Below, in pieces: positions 48,570 through 56,286 of a DNA stretch of 64,000 bases (within the stretch, counting starts at the first letter, position 1; every line of letters starts with the position of its first letter). The DNA comes from an uncultured Nitrososphaerota archaeon (GTDB lineage Archaea > Thermoproteota > Nitrososphaeria > Nitrososphaerales > Gagatemarchaeaceae): NCBI GenBank assembly GCA_963838925.1, contig CAWISW010000001.1:224001-288000 (forward strand), written 5' to 3'. The position numbers and the translations under genes are program-made. Under the pieces are notes generated by a model. It was not told the origin of the DNA. It saw only the letters and a program-made list of their open reading frames with translations, and ran no database searches.

Positions 48570-49220
48570 TCACGGGCCCACGCTGAACGATGCGAGCGGC
48601 CCCAAGAAGTAGACCACCCCGAGGAACGCCGCCAGGGAGACTGCCACGTTGAGGTACGGCCGCCGGGGAGAGAGGAAGAGGCCGAGGCAAAGCGCGCTCG
48701 GGAGCAGGAACACCGCCCCCTCGTAGGGGGTGAGGCCTGGCGCGGCCTGCGGGGAGGGAGTGAGCGCGATCTGGAAGCTCGAGATCACCGGAGCGAGCGT
48801 TGAGAGCATCCCCACCACGACTCCTGCCACGGTCGAGACTATGAGGCCCCTGAACTCCATGACCTTCCTCTCCATCGCCTTCTTCTCCTTGATGAGCGTC
48901 CACCTGTCGAAGAGCGAAGAGAGCCTTTCGGCGCCCTTGCTCGCCTCCGAGGAGCTGATCCTTGCCAGGGCGGTGACGAACCGAAGGAGCTCCCCGGATG
49001 GGCCCGTCTCTGCCACCAGGCTTTGGAAGGCCGCCTGGACCGGGGTCCCGAGCAGGATCATCCTGACCGCGTCGCGCTCCCGCTCGTCCCTTGAGCTGGA
49101 GAACTCCCGCACGAACGAGGCGGCGAACCCGAGACCGCTAGAGGACCGCTTGAGCACCGCGCGGAGCCTCCTCATGACCTCGAGCTCGGAGGCCGTCGTT
49201 CCCGAACTGGGTTTCCTCAC
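48570..49220 (-). CDS. TadC-like pilus platform membrane protein
   Basis: T2SSF-like helical domain followed by TMs; operon context. Confidence 0.6.
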   Translation of the reverse strand: MRKPSSGTTASELEVMRRLRAVLKRSSSGLGFAASFVREFSSSRDERERDAVRMILLGTPVQAAFQSLVAETGPSGELLRFVTALARISSSEASKGAERLSSLFDRWTLIKEKKAMERKVMEFRGLIVSTVAGVVVGMLSTLAPVISSFQIALTPSPQAAPGLTPYEGAVFLLPSALCLGLFLSPRRPYLNVAVSLAAFLGVVYFLGPLASFSVGP

Positions 49221-49939
49221 GGCTTCGCCCCCGTGCCCCAGTCGACCGAGCTGCCCGAGACTGAGAGCGCGATGTCGAGGATGACCACCTCCAGGACCGC
49301 CAGCGCCGCGATCGAGGCCAGCCCCGACGCCTTCGTCATCGCCGCGAAGAGCATCAGCATGATGGGAAGGAAGAACGAGACCGCGATGAAGACCGGGAGC
49401 TTGGTCTCCTCGTCCAGTCCGCTGGAGTTCAGGATGGCGTCGAGCTCGTCGCCGCCCTCGTCGACCCTCGTCCTGTCGACTCCCAGCACCGAGTCGAGGA
49501 CGGTCTTGACAGACTCTGAATGGACGCTTCCCTCAGGCCCCGCCCCCTGGATCGCCGACGGGGGGTCGTAGCCGAGGAGGATTCCCCTCCTGACATCGGC
49601 CATGAACGACCTCAACCCCTTCTCTTCAGGGCGCAGCATGAGGAGCGTCTTGCTGCGCGAGGAGGTGGACGCCAGATAGATGTTCGACGACGCGGCGAAC
49701 GAGGGCGCGTCCCTGGTCTGCTCGAAGGTCGCGACGCGAAGGCTCCGCCTCGGAGCGGTGGAGACGATGTAGCAGCCCCCCGCGCCCGCCATCGCGCCCA
49801 GCACAAGGGAGACCGAGCCCAGCCTGAGCTCGTCGCCAAGGAGGGCGACCGTAACGAAAAGCGATGCCCCGACCGACGTGGCGAAGGCGAGTACCCTGCG
49901 GCTGTCTAGCCCCGCCTCCTCCCAGGACCGGACCCTCAA
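49217..49939 (-). CDS. TadB-like pilus platform membrane protein
   Basis: Two TM pairs around a helical domain; TTGA overlap with the ATPase stop. Confidence 0.6.
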   Translation of the reverse strand: MRVRSWEEAGLDSRRVLAFATSVGASLFVTVALLGDELRLGSVSLVLGAMAGAGGCYIVSTAPRRSLRVATFEQTRDAPSFAASSNIYLASTSSRSKTLLMLRPEEKGLRSFMADVRRGILLGYDPPSAIQGAGPEGSVHSESVKTVLDSVLGVDRTRVDEGGDELDAILNSSGLDEETKLPVFIAVSFFLPIMLMLFAAMTKASGLASIAALAVLEVVILDIALSVSGSSVDWGTGAKP

Positions 49940-51432
49940 GGCAGAGCAGCCCTTTCGCGGTGCGCCTCCCCTATCAGCTCGATCTGCCTCTCGACGCTCG
50001 ACAGGAAAGCCTCCCTTGCGCTCGAGGCGAGCGGGAGGTCGAGCTGCTCCCACGCCGCGGCCCTCCGGAGCGGGCCCTCCGGGGCGCGGAGGTAGAGCCT
50101 CACGAGCCAGGCGTCCGCGCCGACCTCCGTGCCCTCCGAAGCCTGCCTTCGCGATACGGCCGATATGCTCTGGACGCACCTCCGCGAAGAGAGCCTCTGG
50201 GGCCTGGACATCTGCACGAGTACCCCGAGGTCGAGGAGGTTCGCCTTTGAGATGCCGTGCAGCTCCAGCCACCTTCGTATCGCCTGCTCTGGCGAGGACG
50301 AATGGAAGGTCTGGAGCCCCCTGACTCCGGCAGAGAGAGCCTGGAAGAACGCCCTGCTGTGCTCCTCGGACTGGATCTCGCCGAGTATCACCAGGTCGGG
50401 CGACCTGTGGAGTATCTTCGTTATCTCGGCTGACTTTGTGCGCTGGGTCTCTCCTCCCCTCTCGAAGGGGTCGACCCGCAGCTTCAGCTGGTGGTATCCG
50501 CGGTCGAGGAGGTCCTTGGTCTCCACCGCGTCCTCGACGTAGACCCTTCGGAACCTGGGGTCGAGCGCCTCGTCCAGGGCGTTCAGCAGCGTGGTCTTTC
50601 CCGTCCCAGTCTCGCCGACTATGGTCACGTTGACGCCGGCCTCGAGGGATGCGACCAGGAAGGCGGCGGCCTCCACGGAGAGCACCTCAATGCCGACGAG
50701 GTCGCCTATCGTCAGGGCGTTTGACGTCAGCTTGCGGACGTCTAGCGAGAACCCGCTCACGGCCAGCGGGTCCAGGTCGAGGGAGACGCGTAGCCTCGTC
50801 CCGAAGACGTCGAACTCGTTCTTGAGCGAAGGGTTGGCGTAGTCGAGCGTGTATCCCTTGAACGTGTCCATGTGGGTCTCGAGCGCCTTCCTCTCCCTCT
50901 CGGTGAGGAAGATGCGGCTGTCACACCTCCCGTACTTGGCGTGGTCCAGATATACCGGGGAGTTCGGCGAGTCGAGGAAGAACTCCTGCACGTTCTTGTC
51001 TCGCGAGAGCGCGAAGACCGTGGGGAGCCCCACGGCCTCGAAGGCAGCGAGGCGCGAGAGCTCCCTCACCATACCGAGGTCTCTGATCTTGGAGAGCTCG
51101 TTCGCCGCCATCTGGCCCAACACCTCGACGAGCCTCGCGAAGCTGAGCGGCTCGACCTGCTCCGGCGAGAGCCTCTGGCTTATCCTCGCGACGGCCGACC
51201 TGAGCAGGGAAATGTTCTCGGGTCCCAGGACGGGCACTATCTCGTAGAGGGTCGGCGCCCCCTCAGAGTCTCCCTTCCTGATCTCGCACCTGAATATCCC
51301 GTTGGGGTAGGAGTCCACCAGCTGCGCGTCGGACGACTGGAGAAGCTCGACGAGTAGCGGCCCGCCCTTCGGCGTGCCGGGCCCCTTCTTCCTGGCGAAC
51401 CGGTGCAGCGCGTCCTCGACCCTCCCGATCAT
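49936..51432 (-). CDS. Type II/IV secretion assembly ATPase (TadA/CpaF-like)
   Basis: GETGTGKT, VEDAVE, LVILGEI, TFHS. Confidence 0.88.
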   Translation of the reverse strand: MIGRVEDALHRFARKKGPGTPKGGPLLVELLQSSDAQLVDSYPNGIFRCEIRKGDSEGAPTLYEIVPVLGPENISLLRSAVARISQRLSPEQVEPLSFARLVEVLGQMAANELSKIRDLGMVRELSRLAAFEAVGLPTVFALSRDKNVQEFFLDSPNSPVYLDHAKYGRCDSRIFLTERERKALETHMDTFKGYTLDYANPSLKNEFDVFGTRLRVSLDLDPLAVSGFSLDVRKLTSNALTIGDLVGIEVLSVEAAAFLVASLEAGVNVTIVGETGTGKTTLLNALDEALDPRFRRVYVEDAVETKDLLDRGYHQLKLRVDPFERGGETQRTKSAEITKILHRSPDLVILGEIQSEEHSRAFFQALSAGVRGLQTFHSSSPEQAIRRWLELHGISKANLLDLGVLVQMSRPQRLSSRRCVQSISAVSRRQASEGTEVGADAWLVRLYLRAPEGPLRRAAAWEQLDLPLASSAREAFLSSVERQIELIGEAHRERAALP

Positions 51433-51514
51433 CTGGTTGAGAGCCTGCGCGAGTAATAAAGCGCCAACGCGTGGACGCTTAAATTTCAACCGCGCCTCTT
51501 CTCACGCTTCTCCC

Positions 51515-51880
51515 ATGGTCGAGCTGATCGAGTACGTAATCATCTTCGGAATCTCTGCCAGCTTGGCCGGGGCCAGCGTGATGCTGGTCAACGGGGCCAT
51601 GCCCGGCCTCGCACAGGTGGCCGCCGTCTCAAAGTCAGACCAGGTAGCGGGTGCCGCGCGCATCGCGGTGGTCGAGGGGAGGAACGTCACCCTCATCCTC
51701 CCGCTGCAAGGGGCCTCGGTCGCCTGCGGAGCGGGGACGCTGTCGGTCTCCACGGGGGGCGCCAGCATGGCGTACGACTTGGGCTTCCCATGCTCCTTCG
51801 ACTATCACGGCCTCAACGGAACCTGCGCGCTCGTCTTCTCGGCCCCTGCCGAGTCACTCCAGCTGGGGGCGACGTGCTAG
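51515..51880 (+). CDS. Minor pilin-like protein
   Basis: MVELIEYVII hydrophobic N-terminus; Cys-containing head. Confidence 0.6.
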   Translation: MVELIEYVIIFGISASLAGASVMLVNGAMPGLAQVAAVSKSDQVAGAARIAVVEGRNVTLILPLQGASVACGAGTLSVSTGGASMAYDLGFPCSFDYHGLNGTCALVFSAPAESLQLGATC

Positions 51881-52266
51881 TGCCTACGGTCGCCGTCTCC
51901 TCTCAGCTCTCCCAGGCGGTCTACATGGCATCGATCATCGGGCTCGCGGTCCTGCTCGCCAGGCCTGTCTACTTGGCGTATTCGGCCTCGCAGCAGAGGG
52001 GGGCCGAGGCCGTCGCCGCTGGACTGGGAAAGATGATCGACTCGATGTCGCCCGGGACCTCCGTGGTCGTCGGCCTGGAGAGCTACCCGGGAGTCAAGCT
52101 CTCGGTCGCCCTTCAAGGCGACACCGTCGCCGCGTCGCTCGGCGGAGCCACGGCCACCGAGACGGTCGGCTGGGACCTTCCGCACGTTACCCTCGATCCC
52201 GGATTGCGATACAACTTCACGCTGGTAGGAGGCGCAGTCTCTGTCGCGCAGGCGCGGGATGGTTGA
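51880..52266 (+). CDS. Minor pilin-like protein
   Basis: N-terminal TM, helix, beta-rich tail; translationally coupled. Confidence 0.55.
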   Translation: MPTVAVSSQLSQAVYMASIIGLAVLLARPVYLAYSASQQRGAEAVAAGLGKMIDSMSPGTSVVVGLESYPGVKLSVALQGDTVAASLGGATATETVGWDLPHVTLDPGLRYNFTLVGGAVSVAQARDG

Positions 52267-52363
52267 CGCCTACATCGAGGTCTGCATCGCCTTGTTGATG
52301 CTCGCGAGCATGACCCTTCTCGCCCTCTCCATCGTCGTCTCGCACATCGCCCTCGGAGGCTAG
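52259..52363 (+). CDS. 34-aa mini-pilin-like peptide
   Basis: MVDAYIEVCIALLMLASMTLLALSIVVSHIALGG fills the operon gap. Confidence 0.5.
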   Translation: MVDAYIEVCIALLMLASMTLLALSIVVSHIALGG

Positions 52364-52371
52364 CAGGGAAG

Positions 52372-52737
52372 TTGCAGTTCATCGACATCGCGGTCGCCTC
52401 AGGGTACGCAGCGATCTGCGTCTCGCTGATAGTCGCGATCAGCCCCATAGCGCCGAGGGAGGCCGCCGTGGACGCGGCCGCGCAGGCGAGGCTCGACACC
52501 GCTATCACCGCTTACCTCGACCGCGTGGGGCTGCCTTTCCTCTCCTCTGCCTCCGAGCGGGCGGTCTGCGACTCCGCGGCGGAGGCTGGCAACGCCACGC
52601 TGGTGATCGGCGTGGCGTTCCAAGGCACCTCTTGCGGCTCCGTCCCCGAGCCCTCCTCGGCCCTCGCCTCAGCGTCCCTGCCCCTCGACCTCCCCGGTCG
52701 GACTTTGGTGATAGAGGCCTGGCTCGCAAGGCAGTAG
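52372..52737 (+). CDS. Minor pilin-like protein
   Basis: QFIDIAV hydrophobic N-terminus; Cys pair. Confidence 0.55.
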   Translation: MQFIDIAVASGYAAICVSLIVAISPIAPREAAVDAAAQARLDTAITAYLDRVGLPFLSSASERAVCDSAAEAGNATLVIGVAFQGTSCGSVPEPSSALASASLPLDLPGRTLVIEAWLARQ

Positions 52738-53507
52738 CGGCGACCCTCGCCTCGGTCCTGCTCCTCACCGCGCTCCTAGTGGCGGACGTGACGCTGATGA
52801 CCGCCCAGGACGACCTCGCGTCGAGCGCCCAGGCCACGCACGTCGAGACCAGAGAGCTCCTCCTCGAGGAGTCGCTCGTCGGGAGCACCTCTCTCCAAGT
52901 TCTCGCGCAGGTCCAGGACTATCTCGCGTCTACGCCCGCGGACTGCGACAGAATGCCCCAGTACGTCTACTCCATCTCCGCCTCGAGCTCGACGTCCGGA
53001 GAGGACGAGGGCATCGCCTACTCGGTCAGCGTCTCGGCGACGGGTGCGCCGACCTCCCCGGTGCAGGGACCTCCGGGGGGAGACTCTGCTATCTTGTCCC
53101 CCTTCTCCGGGTTCGTCCCTGGAGAGCTCAACCTCGAGGCGGCGTCCAGCGTCAAAGAGGTCGGGGGAGGAGGGTCGGTGTCCCTGGAGAGGCACGACGC
53201 TCAGGCATTGAACATCCCCATCTCCCCCGGGACGGCGGGCTCCCTCTGCGCGTCCGCCCTCTCCTCGCTGGAGGCGGCGCTCTCCCTGTCGTCCTGCAAC
53301 GTCACGCTGGCCCAGACGGCGTTCGCTGCGGCGGTCCCCCTGCTAGAGCAGGAGGCCTCCGCGCTCGGGTTCTTCTTCACGGCCGGCTGGGCGCCGGGAG
53401 GTCCGTCCTGCTCGGCGACCTACTGGGTCGTGCTCGTGGAGCTTGGAGTCGTGGGAGTGTCAGGAGACTTCGACTGGACTGTCCGTGGCTCTGGGTCGAC
53501 AGCATAG
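52719..53507 (+). CDS. Larger pilin/adhesin-like exported protein
   Basis: CTG start after GGTGA; ARKA then hydrophobic helix. Confidence 0.55.
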   Translation: MARKAVAATLASVLLLTALLVADVTLMTAQDDLASSAQATHVETRELLLEESLVGSTSLQVLAQVQDYLASTPADCDRMPQYVYSISASSSTSGEDEGIAYSVSVSATGAPTSPVQGPPGGDSAILSPFSGFVPGELNLEAASSVKEVGGGGSVSLERHDAQALNIPISPGTAGSLCASALSSLEAALSLSSCNVTLAQTAFAAAVPLLEQEASALGFFFTAGWAPGGPSCSATYWVVLVELGVVGVSGDFDWTVRGSGSTA

Positions 53508-54456
53508 GCCTCAGCTCGTCGTAGATCGCGTCCCACCTCGGCCTGAAGAGCTCGCAGAACTGCTCCCTGACGGTGTACTCCGCCGCGTTGACGCACATTG
53601 CGACGTCCCTCTGCGTGAAGAGCTTCTTCCTCGACTCGCTCTCGGAGACCGCCACCTCGGCCGCGTAGAAGCTCGTCGCGGCGAGGGCGCAGGGGCTGTG
53701 CCCGCCCCTCACCGAGGAGTCCAGCATTGCGAGCGCCCTCCTCGCCAGATGGAGCAGCTTGTACTGGTAGCCGGGGGGCGCGCCGAGCCTCGGCAGGACC
53801 TCGGAGAGGCGGGCAGCCACCCTGCCGAGGTGCTCCTCCGCCCTCATCGCGCTCGCCTTCACCGGGGAGTCGAACCCCATCTTGATGAGCGTGGACGGCC
53901 TGACGTTGTGCCCCAGCGCCCTGTGGGACGCGACGACCTCCCTCACGCCGACGCTCGAGACCCCGCATATCCTGCAGGCGCTTGTTATCGAGAAGGCGGA
54001 GATCGCGGCTATCGTGTACCCCGTCCTCTGCTTCCTGATCGCGAGGAGGCCTTTGGCCACCGCTATCGACTGCCCAATGACACCCGGGGGAAGGGACAGC
54101 TTCTCGCAGATCCGCTCTATCAGCTTCGCGCACGGGTATACGCCCGCCTCGTCCACCTGCGAGTAGTCAGAGATTGTCTTCAGGTACCTGAACGTGGAAG
54201 AGGAGCCCGCGAGCCCCCTGGGGGGCGATTCGTCGCGGTCGTACTCCATCGGCCCGAGGAAGCTCCCGAGCGAGTGGTTGGTGTAGTCCACCGCGTGCGC
54301 CCTTCTCGCGGTCGCTCCGACGGCCGAGTCTGCCACGACCTCCTTCGGCCGGACGCTCCCGCAGGAGGAGCAGACGATTTCCTCGTCGATGTCAACCATC
54401 CTTCCAGAGCAGTTCGCGCACCTCGCATCGTCAGCATCACAAACAGAAGTAAGCAT
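53377..54456 (-). CDS. Divergent transcription factor B (TFIIB family) paralogue
   Basis: CANC...CSSCG zinc ribbon; cyclin repeats (CEKLSLP, LAATSFY, TQRDVA..VNAAEYTVR). Confidence 0.8.
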   Translation of the reverse strand: MLTSVCDADDARCANCSGRMVDIDEEIVCSSCGSVRPKEVVADSAVGATARRAHAVDYTNHSLGSFLGPMEYDRDESPPRGLAGSSSTFRYLKTISDYSQVDEAGVYPCAKLIERICEKLSLPPGVIGQSIAVAKGLLAIRKQRTGYTIAAISAFSITSACRICGVSSVGVREVVASHRALGHNVRPSTLIKMGFDSPVKASAMRAEEHLGRVAARLSEVLPRLGAPPGYQYKLLHLARRALAMLDSSVRGGHSPCALAATSFYAAEVAVSESESRKKLFTQRDVAMCVNAAEYTVREQFCELFRPRWDAIYDELRPMLSTQSHGQSSRSLLTLPRLQAPRARPSRSPSRTDLPAPSRP

Positions 54457-54627
54457 GAGGAGGGAGCTAGGCGCCTCTGGTAATCTCCTGGACCAGCTAC
54501 CCGGGAGCCGTCCCGCGCGGCTCCATCGCCCTCCGGCACGTCGGCACGTTGCGGAGGGGGGTGGGATGCGTGAAAGTGCCGGAACCACGAACCGTTTTAA
54601 ACGACGACACGAGGGACAAAATCCTAG

Positions 54628-55569
54628 TTGCTAGAGAAGGTGAAGGACGTCCACATCAGACCCTCGAGGGACGTCGTCTCCCTCGTCGACCAGATGCACG
54701 CCGCAGGGGGCTTCATGGGGAGGCACCTCGCCGAGGTGGCGAAGATCTACACCGAGATGCTCGACGACCGAAAGTGCACGAAGTTCCTCTCGTTCCCCGC
54801 CGCCATCGTCGCCACTGGGACGAGGGGGGTGATCGTAGACATGATCAAGGAGGGCATGGTCGACGTGATAATCACCGCCTCTGGAACGCTTGACCACGAC
54901 CTTGCCCGCAGCTGGGGCGACTACTACCACGGCAGCTTCGACCTCGACGACCTGAAGGTGAAGAGGGAGGGGTTCCACAGGCTCGGGAACGTCCTCGTCC
55001 CCCTCGAGACGTACGGCCCCGCCCTCGAGAAGCGACTCCAGCCGTGGCTCGAGGGCAGGTACCAGGCGGGGGACAGGAGCATGACTACCGAGAAGCTCTG
55101 TCACGAGCTGGGGGAGCTTGGGGACGAGCACTCGATCCTCTACTGGGCGAGGAAGAAGAACGTCCCGATCTTCGTCCCGGGGCCGATGGACGGCGCCGTG
55201 GGCTCTCAGATCTGGCTCTTCGCGAACAGGCGGAGCGACTTCAGAGTGGACGTGATAGGGGACGAGAAGAGGCTGGCCGACATCACCTTCGACGCGAAGA
55301 AGAGCGGCGCGCTGGTGATCGGGGGAGGGATAAGCAAGCACCATTTGTTGTGGTGGAACCAGTTTAAGGGCGGGCTAGATTATGCCTGCTATGTCACCAC
55401 AGCTGCAGAGTGGGATGGCAGCCTCAGCGGCGCCCAAGTCAAGGAGGCGATATCTTGGGGGAAAGTGAAGAGTCGAGCGAGGACTGTTACCCTTTATTCT
55501 GAGGCAACGACATCTCTCGCGTTCATTGTGACCTACGCCATGACCAAACGGAAGAACAAACCTTCGTAG
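54628..55569 (+). CDS. dys: Deoxyhypusine synthase (chimeric 3' end)
   Basis: GG..KHH, DGSLSGA..EAISWGK with the catalytic Lys. Confidence 0.93.
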   Translation: MLEKVKDVHIRPSRDVVSLVDQMHAAGGFMGRHLAEVAKIYTEMLDDRKCTKFLSFPAAIVATGTRGVIVDMIKEGMVDVIITASGTLDHDLARSWGDYYHGSFDLDDLKVKREGFHRLGNVLVPLETYGPALEKRLQPWLEGRYQAGDRSMTTEKLCHELGELGDEHSILYWARKKNVPIFVPGPMDGAVGSQIWLFANRRSDFRVDVIGDEKRLADITFDAKKSGALVIGGGISKHHLLWWNQFKGGLDYACYVTTAAEWDGSLSGAQVKEAISWGKVKSRARTVTLYSEATTSLAFIVTYAMTKRKNKPS

Positions 55570-56096
55570 TGCGTCATCGGCGCGGTTCAGGAAATGTTGG
55601 TTGTTAAGTACCAAACGTAGTATAATCACGGTCCTCCAAGACGGCAGCTCGAATAAAGAAGCGACCCGGTCCTGCAAAGGGTTACATGCCGAAACATCTA
55701 CCAACAAAACCACTACTGCTTCCAAATCTTGAAAACCCACTTTTGGTAGAAAGAGCGATAGGGTTACACGAGGGCGAGGGAGGTTCCTACTGCATCAAAG
55801 GGACGTTACGAATCGCCATCACCATGTGCTCAAGGGACGCATTGGAAAGGATACAGCCAGTCATCGGGACCAAGGTTACCCGGTGCAACAGGGCGAAATG
55901 TGAACGAACAGAAGAGAATCCCGAGGGATTTGACTACCGATTATCAAGGGACGGCAAGTTCGCCATACTCATCATGGAGACATTCATCAATCGCGGTCTT
56001 TCAAAGGAGAAATCCGACCAATATCATAACGTCATGAGGAAATGCGAAGAACTGGCGCAGACTTCAGAGAGAAATCCTAAGTCGATATCTTGAGAA
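55423..56096 (+). mobile_element. Homing-endonuclease element carrying a replacement dys 3' end
   Basis: Bounded by duplicated ctcagcggcgccca.gtcaaggaggc; lower GC than host. Confidence 0.78.
55686..56093 (+). CDS. Single-motif LAGLIDADG homing endonuclease
   Basis: RAIGLHEGEG motif, I.ITM...L..IQ..IG, YRL, late K..Q helix. Confidence 0.72.
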   Translation: MPKHLPTKPLLLPNLENPLLVERAIGLHEGEGGSYCIKGTLRIAITMCSRDALERIQPVIGTKVTRCNRAKCERTEENPEGFDYRLSRDGKFAILIMETFINRGLSKEKSDQYHNVMRKCEELAQTSERNPKSIS

Positions 56097-56240
56097 CTCA
56101 GCGGCGCCCAGGTCAAGGAGGCCATCTCCTGGGGCAAGGTGAGGCCGAAGGCGAGGAAGTCGACCCTCATCGCCGACGCCACAACGGTCCTCCCGCTCGT
56201 CGCAAGCTACGCGATGACGAACAGGATGAAGCGCCCCTAA
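56097..56240 (+). pseudogene. Displaced original 3' end of deoxyhypusine synthase
   Basis: Translates LSGAQVKEAISWGKVRPKARKSTLIADATTVLPLVASYAMTNRMKRP stop; host-like codons; no start codon. Confidence 0.9.
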
Positions 56241-56286
56241 ACTTATAACCGGTTCAGGGAAACCCCCGCAGTCAGTTCTCGATAAA

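Noticed and set aside
55423-56096. Intein or intron in deoxyhypusine synthase
   Set aside because: The insert contains a stop codon and a second copy of the gene tail. There are no Cys/His-Asn intein termini and no evident bulge-helix-bulge, and the gene is complete without splicing.
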